A stretch of DNA of 64,000 nucleotides, from positions 806,001-870,000 of the forward strand of contig BDGG01000008.1 of NCBI GenBank assembly GCA_001949185.1, written 5' to 3'. The stretch comes from Ramazzottius varieornatus. Lineage: Eukaryota > Animalia > Tardigrada. Every line of letters starts with the position of its first letter. Position 1 is the first letter of the stretch. Below are positions 1 through 12,600 of the stretch, piece by piece. The notes beneath the pieces are model-generated. The model had not been told where the DNA came from, did no database searches, and saw only the letters and a list, made by a program, of their open reading frames with translations. The position numbers were made by a program, and so were the translations under genes.

Positions 1-214
1 GCAGTTTTCGAAGTTCGTCCAGCAAAACTCGCTCGCGGTCTGCTATCCCAGCAATCTGCTCCTTGGTCGACAACGTTTCAACCGAGATGGCACTGGACGG
101 AGGACGCTTGTTGAGCTGTAATCGATCCACTCTCTTCGCTACGGGAGGAGGCATGACGTACTTATTCAAGTCATTCAAGAGTCTTTCGGAAATCGGAAGA
201 TACGATTTATAGTA
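1..214 (-). CDS. Exon of an unknown gene running off the window start (...YLPISERLLNDLNKYVMPPPVAKRVDRL...)
   Basis: Open minus-strand frame to base 1; candidate acceptor tttggCAG at 215-217 and ATG at 154; no recognised family. Confidence 0.35.
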
Positions 215-1191
215 CTGCCAAATGGTACTGCATAGACAAACGGGAAAAGAGTTCAAAAGAAATTATCCAAGCAAATTCAAATAAATCAATGGAAGTGAAT
301 CAATCTGTCTGTCACGGTCTGTGACAGTGTGGCTCTGTGCAGTAACTTTTACCAGAGTGCTTTTACTGTATTTCCTCCACAGAGTTCCCAGCGAAATCCC
401 GGGATGACAAACCGGGAGTATATAATTTCGTGCACCTTTGATCGCGTAGAACGTTATGCCCCGCGAAAGACAAATTCCAGATAATAATGTATCCAGATAA
501 TAATAATTACCTATGTATAATGTATGAAATACCCGGGAATACGAATCTCGGGAACTCTTATCGCTTGTAGGGTGTATCCAGGAAAACGTGCGAAATTCTC
601 CGGAACGGCGGAACTGCAATTCTCCCGAGGCCCTCACTTCCGCGATCCGCAGAACCTGCCTACTTCATATTCCAAACGTTCTCGCATTAGCTCGTAAGTT
701 TTGTGCTTTGTGCAAGGCTCGACGGTTCGAATTCCTTCTTCGAGTGGGGTTGCACGAGATGTGTCGCCACCGAGATATCATCCCGGTATTGCTGGGTCGC
801 GAGATTTTTCAAACCCGGGATGAAGACACAGTACCAGTGTTCGACTTACGTTCTTTTACAGTTTGGTCCAGGACTCTAGACGTAACGGAACTGGTTCAGG
901 TCGGATGATAAAATTTACACCAAAGTTTCTCGTAGAGAACAGCGTGGCATGCTTTGGAGGTCAAGTTAATCAACAGCGGTAGCGAGAAGGTCGTGACTCG
1001 TCAGCCAGCGACTTATGACCGGATCGCTGGACGCGGAACTACGAAAGGAATCTGAAAAACTAACACTCTGCGGAAAACTACGGCGCAAAGTGCAGCGTTC
1101 TAGTAATAACTGAATACAGCAAAAATGTGTGGCGAGATAGATGTGGTGTCTGGGGTCTGGGCTGACAGGTTTCCGGGAAGACAACTACCGC

Positions 1192-1678
1192 TCATACAGT
1201 GACATCTTTCAGCTCTTCGGGCATATCTTTTCCGGCGTGTTTGTTCTCAAAGTGCTGCTTGTACGTCTTCGGGTCAGGCATCTGAGCCTATGGAGACAGC
1301 GCATACATGATACGAACAAATTCTCCGAAAAAGGGAAGAGAATGCGGGTTACAGGAAGGCCAAGTACGGGGCTCAAGGCCACGTTGTGCCAAGAGCCCCT
1401 TCAGACTTATTCCTCAGTAGGACGTACCTTACAAACTGCACAACTGAACTTCAGAGCCACCGCCGCGGTATCCTTCTGATTCGGTCCTCCTTGTTGCTGA
1501 AAGCAGAACTCAATCTTTACACCACGTATACAATCATAAGGAAACTGGCGCATCTGTTCCTGTAGGAACTGTCATGCAAGGACGAAACACGAAAGCACGC
1601 TGCTCTTACCTTTTTGATCTTAGCCTGCTTTTCCGCATTCTTCTGCTGTGACTGGATCTTCTGTTGACCACGAGCCAT
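1192..1678 (-). CDS. ZNF706: Zinc finger protein 706 (4F5/SERF-like N-terminus plus C2H2 finger), 3 exons
   Basis: Spliced translation MARGQQKIQSQQKNAEKQAKIKK|QQGGPNQKDTAAVALKFSCAVCK|AQMPDPKTYKQHFENKH...*, canonical GT-AG introns. Confidence 0.92.
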
Positions 1679-2222
1679 GATGCTTTGATTATCTGGCGCG
1701 GAAGAGGTCAACCCACCAGGATGGCTGATCAGTAATAAACGATCACTCACTCGATCCGTCGATCGGATCGCGGGTCAACCTTTGATCACCAAACCCCCGC
1801 AAGTAGGGACACAAGATTCGCAAGTCGTAAGGATGCACGAGTTTGGAAAGAGTACAACAATGAGGGACAGACGGTCACAAACCACGGGAAGAAAAGCAAT
1901 GCAGAAATCAAGTCGAACTTTGACAAACGATAAGCAAGAGAAAAGCTACTTAGAATTTCAGAAAACAACCGTTCTGTTCATCTGTTGTATGTTCAACAAA
2001 TCAACGACTATTCAAATCAATCGCCGAAATAAGGGGTTTGTCGCCTGTTGCAATCAGTGTTTAACAAATCAATCTGCCCTGTCCAATGGTGTTTCAATTG
2101 TTTTGGTTTCAAGCTTTCGAAAGATTCCGGTTACAGTATCCTTTCCAAGTCCCGTTAGTTGTTCCGTTGTTCGTCATATCTTTTTCCCAATCCGGGTTCC
2201 TCATTGGAAAGGGCACATAGCC

Positions 2223-3055
2223 ATGTCATTGAGACGGATAACGTTTGTGACGGGGAACGCCAAGAAGTTGGAGGAGTTCAAAGCTATCATGGGCGCCACG
2301 GAGAAGATTGAGGTGAGCAGATCTCATGGAAAGACAACCGGAAGCCCGTAAGTTTTCAATAGCCAATCGTTTCTACCACGACCCACCTTCTGTTTTCTCC
2401 TTCTTTAGATTGTCTCAAAGAGCATTGACCTTCCGGAATACCAGGACGCAGATCCGGACGTTATATCTACGGAGAAGTGTCGAGCCGCTGCAGCCATCGT
2501 CAAAGGACCCGTGATTTGCGAGGACACGTGTTTGTGCTTCAATGCACTTCAAGGATTGCCAGGTATGCAGACTTTTATTTGTCGTTTGCACGAAGTGACC
2601 GAAGAAATCGTTGACGTTGGCGACCGAGTCAGTGTTGTGATGAGTGGCTTCTGCGCCCGCCGGAGAAAGCCTATGGATTGTCGATATAGCTGTAGTTTAT
2701 TATACACAGTTGCGTCTTTCCAGGTCCTTACATCAAGTGGTTCCTCGACAAGCTGAAACCCGAAGGTCTTCCAAAGTTACTTCACGGCTTCGAAGACTAC
2801 TCTGCTTACGCCTTATGTACGTTCGCGTACTGCGAAGGTAGCCCCACCGATCCTGTCTTGCTTTTCCATGGTCGCACAGATGGAAAGATTGTGCCACCTC
2901 GGGGTCCTCAGAATTTCGGCTGGGATCCTTGTTTTCAGCCCGATTCCCTCGACCAAACGTACGCCGAAATGGATGTAAATGTGAAGAACCAGATTTCACA
3001 TCGCTATAGAGCTTTTCAAGAGCTTAAGAAGTTCTTGCTTTCCGAGAACCCATGA
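2223..3055 (+). CDS. ITPA: Inosine triphosphate pyrophosphatase (HAM1 family), 3 exons
   Basis: [45 protein letters not shown] motifs. Confidence 0.95.
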
Positions 3056-3147
3056 GTTTCTGGGTACTCTGTGCCTACACGTGACTTTTATTTCTGTTGA
3101 GTAGGTTGCTGTTGTAAAACTGCGGAGTACCAAGAAACATCAAGGGG

Positions 3148-4212
3148 TTAATCTGAGTACACTCCGTTCTTTCCTCTTGTTAGAGTGGAGAATTTAGTTT
3201 TCCAGTTTTTTCCGTTGTCCTTGCTGTTAATACTCAGTAGGATTTCCAGCTGCTCATCTTTGGTTAGTACTCCAGACTCGCAAGGACCACTGGCAAACTC
3301 CTCACCGGTCATTGACAAAAACCTGAAATCGTAAATGACCGGCTCCAAAACCCGGCGAAGTTCTACTCCGTAGGTCTCCGAGGTCGCCGAAAGGTCCGGC
3401 CGAGGAACTCGCTGCTTTGCCCATTCCACGACGCGATTGAAGAGGTAGGCTTCCGACATTCCCAATAGATTGTCCTGGTAAAGAAGTTTCTTCATGAAGG
3501 TGATATCGAATCGCAGGAATTGCTTTGAGGAGATGATAGTAACTGCGTCACGGCGGATGAGTGTCCAGCACTTGTCCATCAGGGTTTTTTGGTCCATTTC
3601 CGTGGCTCTGTCAAGGACTTCGATCACGTTGGAAGGCCGGATATTCTTCCCAACTACTGTAAGGGTTTTGTTGATCAAAGACGGAAGTACGTATTTGTAT
3701 CCCGCGTAAACTAAATCCAGCACCTGCAGAATATTTGTAGTGTTGGGCGGAAGTAGCTGTTTCGTGTACAGGAACTCCAGCATCAGCTGAAAGGTTTCCG
3801 GCTGTAAATCGTTGACTTCGTAAAAGGGAATACGATTAGGCGGTACGTCGATCGAGATTGTTGTTCCTGTTGATGAGTACAACATTTGGTTGAAGATAAC
3901 GCTTCGACCTGCTAAAATAGCTTTGTGAGCGGAGAAGATCTGCTTCCCAACCAGGAACTGGACGTCAGCCAAGTGCTTCAGCTTGGGATTGTTGAGGAGC
4001 TCCAACATGAAGTCATCTATTGGCTCCTCTTCTACCGAGATCTCCGATGCGGATATTCCGTTCCGGATGAAAGTGTAGAGAGCCCTGACAGTATGCAATG
4101 TATCGCCGTTAGCTTCCACAGACTCGGCGACAACGTTCCCGACACATTTATTGAGAAGGAGCAAGCAGGAGGAAAAAGTCAACATCGAACCGCACTTTGG
4201 ACGGGAAGCCAT
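3148..4212 (-). CDS. Single-exon BTB/POZ-BACK domain protein (354 aa)
   Basis: ADVQFLVGKQIFSAHKAILAGRSVIFNQM (BTB); SEAYLFNRVVEWAK...FRFLSMTGEEF (BACK); AATAAA on minus strand at ~3087. Confidence 0.85.
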   Translation of the reverse strand: MASRPKCGSMLTFSSCLLLLNKCVGNVVAESVEANGDTLHTVRALYTFIRNGISASEISVEEEPIDDFMLELLNNPKLKHLADVQFLVGKQIFSAHKAILAGRSVIFNQMLYSSTGTTISIDVPPNRIPFYEVNDLQPETFQLMLEFLYTKQLLPPNTTNILQVLDLVYAGYKYVLPSLINKTLTVVGKNIRPSNVIEVLDRATEMDQKTLMDKCWTLIRRDAVTIISSKQFLRFDITFMKKLLYQDNLLGMSEAYLFNRVVEWAKQRVPRPDLSATSETYGVELRRVLEPVIYDFRFLSMTGEEFASGPCESGVLTKDEQLEILLSINSKDNGKNWKTKFSTLTRGKNGVYSD

Positions 4213-4357
4213 CTTAAATAGTGTTACAATATAGATATCACAGTTCTTCGAGGGAGCCCGAAGCTTGAAACAGTCCAGAGGATCGCATCAGAAAGAATAC
4301 CCGAACTAACTCATGCAATAAAAAATATCCGGAATCTTTTATCGGTTACGAGGACAT

Positions 4358-5718
4358 TCACATCTGTCTGGCTAACTGTTCACGAAGCATAAGGACGGCT
4401 TGTCGATGGTCAGGTGCTAAAGCAGCTAGCTGCGCATCGGACATCTGGATCAACTGCATCAGCATACCTGCTCGTTCCATTTCGATCTGGTTGGGTTCTT
4501 GCTCGGAGGAATGTCCAGTAGGAGGACCAGGACGGTGCCCTCGGGTAGGACTCATCATCGGAGCTGGCGCAGGTTGATGGGCAGCTCCTCCGTAACTGCC
4601 AGCCATACGAGCCTATAAGCGAAAAACGTCGGCCTTGGTACAACTGCTAAAATTTCAAACTGATTAGACTAACGAGAAAGCATACCTGTCGCGGGTCATG
4701 GGGCATAGCAGAGGCAGGAAGAGGTGCAGAAGAGATAACAGGAGGCGGTTGTAGAACGGAGACGGGAGTAGGTACAGAAGTGCCGACTGTCGATATGGAA
4801 GAAGGAACCTCAGGAGGCTCTTCCTGTGTCAAAATGTCGAAGGCTTCCTGCGGGTCTACCATCTTCATCATCAACAGCGCGTACAGCATTGCTGCGGAAA
4901 GGGAGAAATTCTTCAGCAGGGATCTCTCTACGCCGACGGGATCTGCTTCTATACAGAGCCGCATTTGATGCATCAAGTTGAACATCTGCTCGGAGTTCAG
5001 ATTGGCCAGAGTATCACCGGAGATATCGTTGGACGACGAAGAACCGTTCACCGTATTTTGCGCCTAAAATGCCCGAATATGCCGTTCGAGTATACTGAAC
5101 GGTCCACGAGTGTTCATTCTTACTGTACCAGTGTACCTCGAAAGTTTCGGCCGCACCGTCTCGCCCACTTCTCGTATCTTCTATCGCACGATAAATTCGC
5201 ATGCGCTCATCCTTCCACAAGTTGTTTGGGATGGGTTCGATCTGGATTTGGGTTCCTTTAAAGCTAACGCCATTCAGATGAGAGACTGCTATGTGCACAG
5301 CTTGCACGTCCCGGAATTCACAGTAAGCCAATCCAAGCTGGTTCTCGAATTTGTCAATCACAACCCTGGAAGTACAAAGCCATCAAGAAAAGCTAGGTGA
5401 GCTTGGCCCAGCAGTGGCGCGGTATGTTAGACGGCGTATATAACTATAAGACTCATCGAAATTGGGTCACATACCAGAGATCCGCTACAACTCCCAGTTG
5501 GGAGAAGATCCGCCGTAAATCATCTTCCGACGTATCCAGAGCCAGGTTACGAACTGCAACAGGGAGTGAAATGAGATAACCGATGCTTCAAACGCGTAGC
5601 TCACGAAAGAAGATGAAAGAATGACACGAGTACTTCGAATAGTCCTTCCATTCGGATCCAGTCCTCCTCCACGTAACATCCCCGAAGACACGTTATGCGG
5701 ACCACCTTCGTGATGCAT
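4358..5718 (-). CDS. CSTF2: Cleavage stimulation factor 64 kDa subunit-like protein (divergent), multi-exon
   Basis: N-terminal RRM (GLAYCEFRD...LNG), hinge EQMFNLMHQMRLCI...LLMMKMVDPQ, C-terminal LMQLIQMSDAQLAALAPDHRQAVLMLREQL. Confidence 0.8.
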
Positions 5719-6679
5719 ATAAACCTGCCGGCCAGCCATCCTTTGATCCTTTTGATAACGTCCAACGTCGCGGGCTCAATCGCGCTGACCGAAAGATCCC
5801 ACTGCAATCATAATGATGATTTCATAATTAGAGCGTCTTTATAGGTCTGATTAGACTGTCAGAGTTTGAGAGCCTGGCAGCCACCATCGTTTTCTCGCAA
5901 ACGTTTGCAGAGCCCTCACCTACAGTCACACGCCCTTTCGTCCTTCGACAATCAAGCGTCCCGACGAACTTGTTGCGGTAGTATCCCCTCCTTCAAGGTT
6001 TCGACACTCAGCTTCCGGCGACTAGATCAGACTCATCAGAGCAAAGAAAGGTTTAATATCTGTAATCAAATTTAGCAAGCCGTACAGTGATGACCGTGCA
6101 ATTTGCGGTGCGCTACGCGCTGTATCGTGGTGCATGCAACAGTGCGCATTCCAGCCTTCAGGCACATGTCATTGGCCGAACGCGTAGCGGTCCGCCTTCC
6201 ATAGTTCATCCTTCCAGATGTACGTACAGCTGCCAGACAGCTGGCATTCCTATTAGGCTATTACTGCCGTCCGCTGTCTTTGAAGTTTTTGTGGTTGTTT
6301 TGATTCTGCAGTATCCGTACGTTTCTCCTTCGAGCTGCTGCTTTTGTTCCTTCCTCGAACTGGACATTTCTGAATCCGTCTTTCCTGAAGCTCGCAAGTT
6401 TGTACTTATCTGGCAAACCAGTAGGAAGTTGGCAGTGCCAGGATATGACGTGATTGTATTCAGCACGCTGTGATACTGGACGAGGAATTATATGGAGATA
6501 AAGTCATTGTTACCATATGGAAGTTTCAAGATGGCCTAAAGATCACGTCTACCTCGCCTTTTCCTTGGCTTACCTCAGCAAGAGTTCTTCGGAATATCGG
6601 CTAACCATCTGCTGTCAGTGGGAAGGACGACAGAGCGGTCAGGTTTTTTTCTAATTTTATTTTAGATTTTTATTCAAGG

Positions 6680-9600
6680 ATGGATTCTGTGGGGGATATT
6701 TGGGATTCCATGTACGCCATACCTGTTGCCGGAGCATTCATCCTGGCTGGAGCAGTATATTACCTGAGCTTTCGCGTAAAGGACGACGATGACCAGTCGC
6801 TACGGACGTACCTCAACGTGCTCAGCGGTGACGATGACAGGAACCGCAAAGCAGCCAAACGGCTTCGGAAATTTGGTACAGGAAGTCCAAAGGTGAGCAT
6901 TTCTTTTTATATCACCCAGCATTGTGGAGCATGACCCCCACTGTTTTGCTCGATTAGTTCAACAGTGTGATGTTCAACGGCCGTGCTAGAAAAATCGTAA
7001 GATGCTAATCGAAGTGGGCATCGTGGGAACTCCAGCGAGAATTGATTGTCCGATAAACAGTCACAGAGCTTTTTTTGCGAAAATGAGGGAACAGTAGGGA
7101 ATCGAACCAGGACCCTCCCTGAAAAACGCGCTGCGAACTGCCCAACACTCCTCTAGGTCAAGCCGTTCTTTGTTTCGTGCCTTAGATATACCGTAAATAG
7201 CACGCTACGGCCTGCCGATTCAGCTTACGCACTGAATTCGAACTGAGCCCGTTCCGGGACCGACTGAGCGTCAGTTAGATTTCCAAGCAGCTCAGGAACC
7301 AGTCTTTTCCTCCGGGGTGTCGCGGGTACGTTTCAAACCGCTAATGCTGTCTTTCAGAGCGTTTGATGGGGTTAGCTAGAACTGCCAGGTGTAGGTTAGT
7401 TGGGCCAGCGATAAGAAAATCCTCAACTATTTGTGCGGTAGGGACTCAAGTTTACCCAACGATCAGTGCCAATCGGTTGGGTGACCTAGCTGCCGCTACA
7501 TTATGCCCTTTCGAACTTCTATATGATCTCTGGGCTATATACGGAGATGAAGTGATATACTGGCTGAAGGGCGAGAACCGTTCACTTCAAGCGGATATGA
7601 GAAAAGATTAATGGTAGACGTCAAAAGTAGCATCAACTGCAGGCCTAGCTTGTCTACCCGTGGAACGGAGGCCAGTGGTTTTCCGACCACTCGTTTTTGT
7701 CGCGCTGGGATTTCATATGTACCACACGGGATGTAATGAAAGCTTGTTTTGGCCTCTACAAGACTTTCGCTCAGGACCCTCCGTCGGTCGCGGACGGTCT
7801 CAGATAATAAGCCACGGTTTTTTCCGTTGCTTTATGTCGCACAGCTTACCGTCCAAGGTGATTACATGAGCGGAAGTATGTAAAGCTGAACAGTAATCGG
7901 ACAAACAGACGGTAGTTTCGTAACGGTGTGTGTGTGTGGGTGGGTGTGAAGAACAAAGGTAACGGTGAAAACTGGTTGTTGAATCAAGGCTTGATTGACT
8001 GATTTGATGGGACGTTATGCGGACCCGGATGTTGTGCGAGTGTGGTTCTTTCAAACAAGCTGGCCCAGTTTTTCTTCGCAGGTTGATCACGTTACTTCTT
8101 GCTGGCTTCAGCTGTTCTTTCTTCTAGCGTGTAGGTTTCGCGAAGAAGGCAGAACAGTTCGGCGTTGGGGGGGAAAGGAAGCCAGTCGACAAACAGGTTT
8201 CCGGTTGCTGCTTTGGCGGTCCTACAGGCTCGTAAACAGGGCTCCTTGTGGGTGCTACCGCGAATCGGATGTAAAGTGGGACAAGAGGTAAAAAGCTCTG
8301 GCTTGGAAAGGAACGAAACGTCACACACAAAGTTGGACTTGAACAAATAGTCATTTGTTATGTGTGTGTGATGGAAGGAGGGGGTTTCACGGTATAACGA
8401 CAACTAAGGCGAAAAGCCTCATTAACACATCAATTTGCTGACGTCTTTGACAGACCAACAGTCCTCACTGGAATGTCCCTCACACCCAGCAGGCCCAGCG
8501 TCGTCTTGGGAGGAAGAAACTGCACCGAAAGACGTTCAGGTGGGTTTCACGGTCTGAATTGCAGTTTTCCTCGATTCTTATTGGAACTTTGGTTCATATG
8601 CTGAGAATTCTTCTTCTGTGTTGTAGGCGCGTCGGAAGGCAGCATATGGCCTGGCGGAATAGCTTTACGAACTGGCTGGTTTATGGTGGTCCAAATAGAT
8701 ACGGCGAGATTTGTCAGCGTCGTTTACCCAGCTGAAACATTGTGGCAGAACGCAGAAAGTGACGTTTATTGAGGCAGTTATCGGATGTGTTTACCAGCCG
8801 GCTTCTTTCCTCGTTCAGTAGCACGTTTCTCTGTGGTTTCGAATTCGACTTGACCAACAGGGTGGACGCTTTGCAGCGGGTTCTTCGTCAGGCATTCTTC
8901 GCAGGGTATGATGAACGTGTCGGGGTCTTTCATTAGCTAGTCAATCTTGTTTCGAGGTTCAGTGGCTTTGGAGAGAGATTTTAGCTTGTCTGAGACGGTT
9001 GAGTCGCTGTGTTGTTTGCCTTCTTTAATGACGCGTCTTACAGCCGACGACGGCGGAGGAGATATATTACGCAGTGTTGATGGTGAATGAGGTTCTTGAA
9101 CTGCCATGGCGACTCCTGCCCACCTGATGAACATGTGCCGACGTCGTTTGCCAAGAAACGCTTCAGGAGCCAGTCTCTAGCAAGTCCGCCGGAAGAAGCC
9201 AAGAAGAATCCATGCGAACACTCAGCAAAGCAATTGTATTCGTCCATCACGCACCTGCTCACATCTGTATTCTAGTAATCAAGCCGGAGGTGTATGCAGG
9301 ATGGCGAGGGATCGCTGCACTAACTTCACAAGTATCGGGAAAATTCGGGGAAAATTCAGCGTAAGTTTGATATCGTCTTATAGTTTTAGTCAGTGGTTGA
9401 CCGAGTGATGTATCGAATAATGCTGATTCAAAGTCTCTTTTTCTCTTGCAGGACGGAATGATGGGCGTCGATCGCTCCACTGTGGTCGTATTTTGTCGAG
9501 ATGTCACAATGACCTTGACGTTGAACGCCGCAGGCAACGTTGGTTGGGCCTGAACTCCTTCCTCTGTAGTCTACTCTGTAGTTTAGTTAGCCAGAGTCAA

Positions 9601-12600
9601 GCGGATGAGCGAGAGCACGAGAGTGGAGCTGTAGTGTGGGGGGATTGTGAACCGGCTTGGTTGTTGGTCGGCCATTACTTTTCTCGCGCATAATCGATTA
9701 TAGTCTCAACCTCCGCTGCTGTGATATATTGGCTTGTGGCTGTAGATCGAGCGGAATATCTGTCAGCATGTTGCGTCTGTACTAGGATGATGAAACCGCC
9801 GCCACCTGTGACAGGCCTAACATATGGCGCTCTACTTTTCACGATCGCAAGCTAAAAGGTCTTGTTAGTGATACTGTCAAAGTCGCAACCTACAATCACA
9901 GTGATCCACATTTCTCGCTCCAGACAGCCCACCCAGCAACCTGGAAGAACTAAGTTTCAAAAACATGTCTTTCAATAATAATAATGCACTAACATCGACC
10001 AAAATACGACTCTGCAGACTGTTGATGAAAAAAAGGTTCGCGTGTTTATGGCTACTCATAATATTTTAACGTACGTTGTTTTCCTAATTGTGACTTGAGT
10101 GCTATTTTTGGCTCGTTGTTACAGTTGATATTCTGTATCGACAAGGTTCAACAGGCTTGTACTGTAATAGCAAACGACATGTGAACTCTAAGATGTTTAA
10201 TGTATATGTAACAAGTAATATTTTCCGTTTATGGTATCGATGTTGCATGAACTCAAAAATTATTTCAACAGCACAATGTTGAAGCCAGATGTGGGTAAAT
10301 ATCGCGGAAATAAGGAGGTTTCGAAGAAAGACGAAGAGATTAAGGTATGATTTTTGACAGGATGTATAGTTGATTCGGGTAAAGTGGCGTTGTTTCGGCT
10401 GGGCTTTTCGAAGAAAAGGGTTGTTCGGATTTGGGTAATAATGGCACTCGTAATGGAGATAACAGAGGAGATTACGCAAAGTACTCGAAAACACTGCCAA
10501 CAAAAATAACAGCAGCTTGCTGCGAAAGATTGACATCGAGTTGGGTCCTGAAGTGGGTGGGTAGCTTACCTTGCTCGAGCATCTTGATTTCCGGGCCTGT
10601 GAATCATAATTCTCTTAAGGAGGAAATAGGTCCCTGCAGGGGTAACGAAGGGTGACTTGAGTGGAAGAAAGGAGGGGTTGACGCTCGTCCTTATAGAATA
10701 GAGTGACGACGGTTGTTGCGCAAAAGGATAGACCGGAAGTGAAGCGGCTATTAAGCGGATTTATTACGCTCCGCGATGACGTCACTTAATCTACGGAATT
10801 CTCAATCTAAAATTTGATTTCTTTGTGACGTTACTGCGAAATTCCACAATTTAATTTTAGTATCGGAGTAAGACAACTAGAATAGGACGTGGATAAATGA
10901 AATGAACTGGACCAGATCGATTTTCCCAAGTGGCGGACATTTTCAGTTAGTAGCAATGGAAACGTGCGCCACCTAAGATTAGAAGTTGGCTCATTTCATT
11001 AGCGCATGGCCCGAATCATAGATAGAAACGAGAAAAAATTCAGGTGAGGTCACTGCGGATGGGAAATATGTGATTTTTTGTGAATGTTTAAGCGATCGGG
11101 TTGCATATCTGACGTCACAGCGAAATTAGGGAGGACATGTCTGACGTTTGGCTATTTTGTAATTTCAGAAGGTGCCGACGACAATCGGGAGTGGAAGCTT
11201 CGACAATGATAACGAGGACAAGCAAGCTGACGCTGTTCAGAATAAGGAGTGGCAGCAACAACACGCAAATGTGCAGCAGCAGAAGACTGTCGACAGCGTC
11301 CATAAAGTATCTCGGGTGGGTTCTTCACCAAGGTGGACAATTACCGTTGACGGTGCAGCTGACGTCAGCGCTACTTTGTGATGATCTACTTGTTTAACCG
11401 ACTTGTTTTGCTACTTTTGACTATAGCTGGACAGCGAGAAGCATGTAGATACAGTTTCACCCCTCAACGAAGACCAGACTGACGGTACTTCCAGTCAAGA
11501 TCCCGAACTCGTGATTCCTGACAGCGAACCAAGCACTGTGAAGCAAGGTATAAACATTGCAAATAAAAGTCAGAAATATTTGCGTTGTAAGAAAAATTCA
11601 CAGAGATCGTTTTCTCAAGTGGCGCACATTGTCACAGTTATTGGTCGAAAGCGTGCGCCACTTTGATAAACTGTCTGGTTCAATTCGTTTACCGAGCTTC
11701 CACTTGGGAACTGGGCAAACAAAACATCCAAGATAAAAGATATTGAGTGGCGCACCTTCCAGCCCGAACGAATGAAAACATGCGCCACTTCAGATAAAGA
11801 ACTTGTATGTTTCGTTTACCAGGCTTCCAGTCCTTCTGCGGAAATTCGACAATTATTTTTATGATATGGATTCTTTATTGTTCTCGATTGTAGGATCCTC
11901 AGGATGGCATAAGGCTGTGTCGCGCAAGGAGAAGCGCCACGTTCATAATAACTCGGAGAGCAACAAGTCGAATGCCGAAGATGCCAGTAATCATTCGGTT
12001 ACAAGCGAAGAGAGTCGATTATCCTTTGTATGTCTCTGTGCTCGTTTTTTGCACGCTAAAGGTTTCCCTTGGCGCAGGCCGCGTGTTGACCGATTTGTGT
12101 GTGCTTTTCCGCGCCGCGCTGTCTAGATTGACAGAGCGGCTTTACGCGAATATATCTTGTCCCAGCTAACGTCTTTTTTCTCTTATCTCAACAGAAGAAC
12201 TCAAGTAGTTCACGCGGCTCCTCACCGTATCGCCATAGCCAGCAGGCAGTATCGCTGTCACAGTCACAGCAGCGAATGACCCACCTGGCTGTAGCATCAA
12301 GCTCTTCGACGACGAGAAAGTTCAGCAGCCGCAAGTCACTGGCCAGACCACCTCATTTACAGGCGACTGCAGCTGCACGACCTGATCATCTGAAACTTGA
12401 AGCAGCCGGCAATCGACAGTATCGCCAAAAGAGAACGCTGAACCATGCCACTGTTCCGCGACCAGCCATCATTCTCTCTGAGGCAGTCAGTGATGAACAT
12501 GCTCTTGCCGCTAACACGGAATCCTACCCTGTGAACAGCGAGCCGTCTTTCAAAACCAGTTTCCACAACAGCACGTTAACGAACGAGCACTGCTCGGCCC

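Noticed and set aside
263-908. ORFs 263-637 and 588-908
   Set aside because: Non-ATG starts and no homology; overlap a motif-rich non-coding region
7926-7947. Short GT microsatellite
   Set aside because: Ordinary simple repeat
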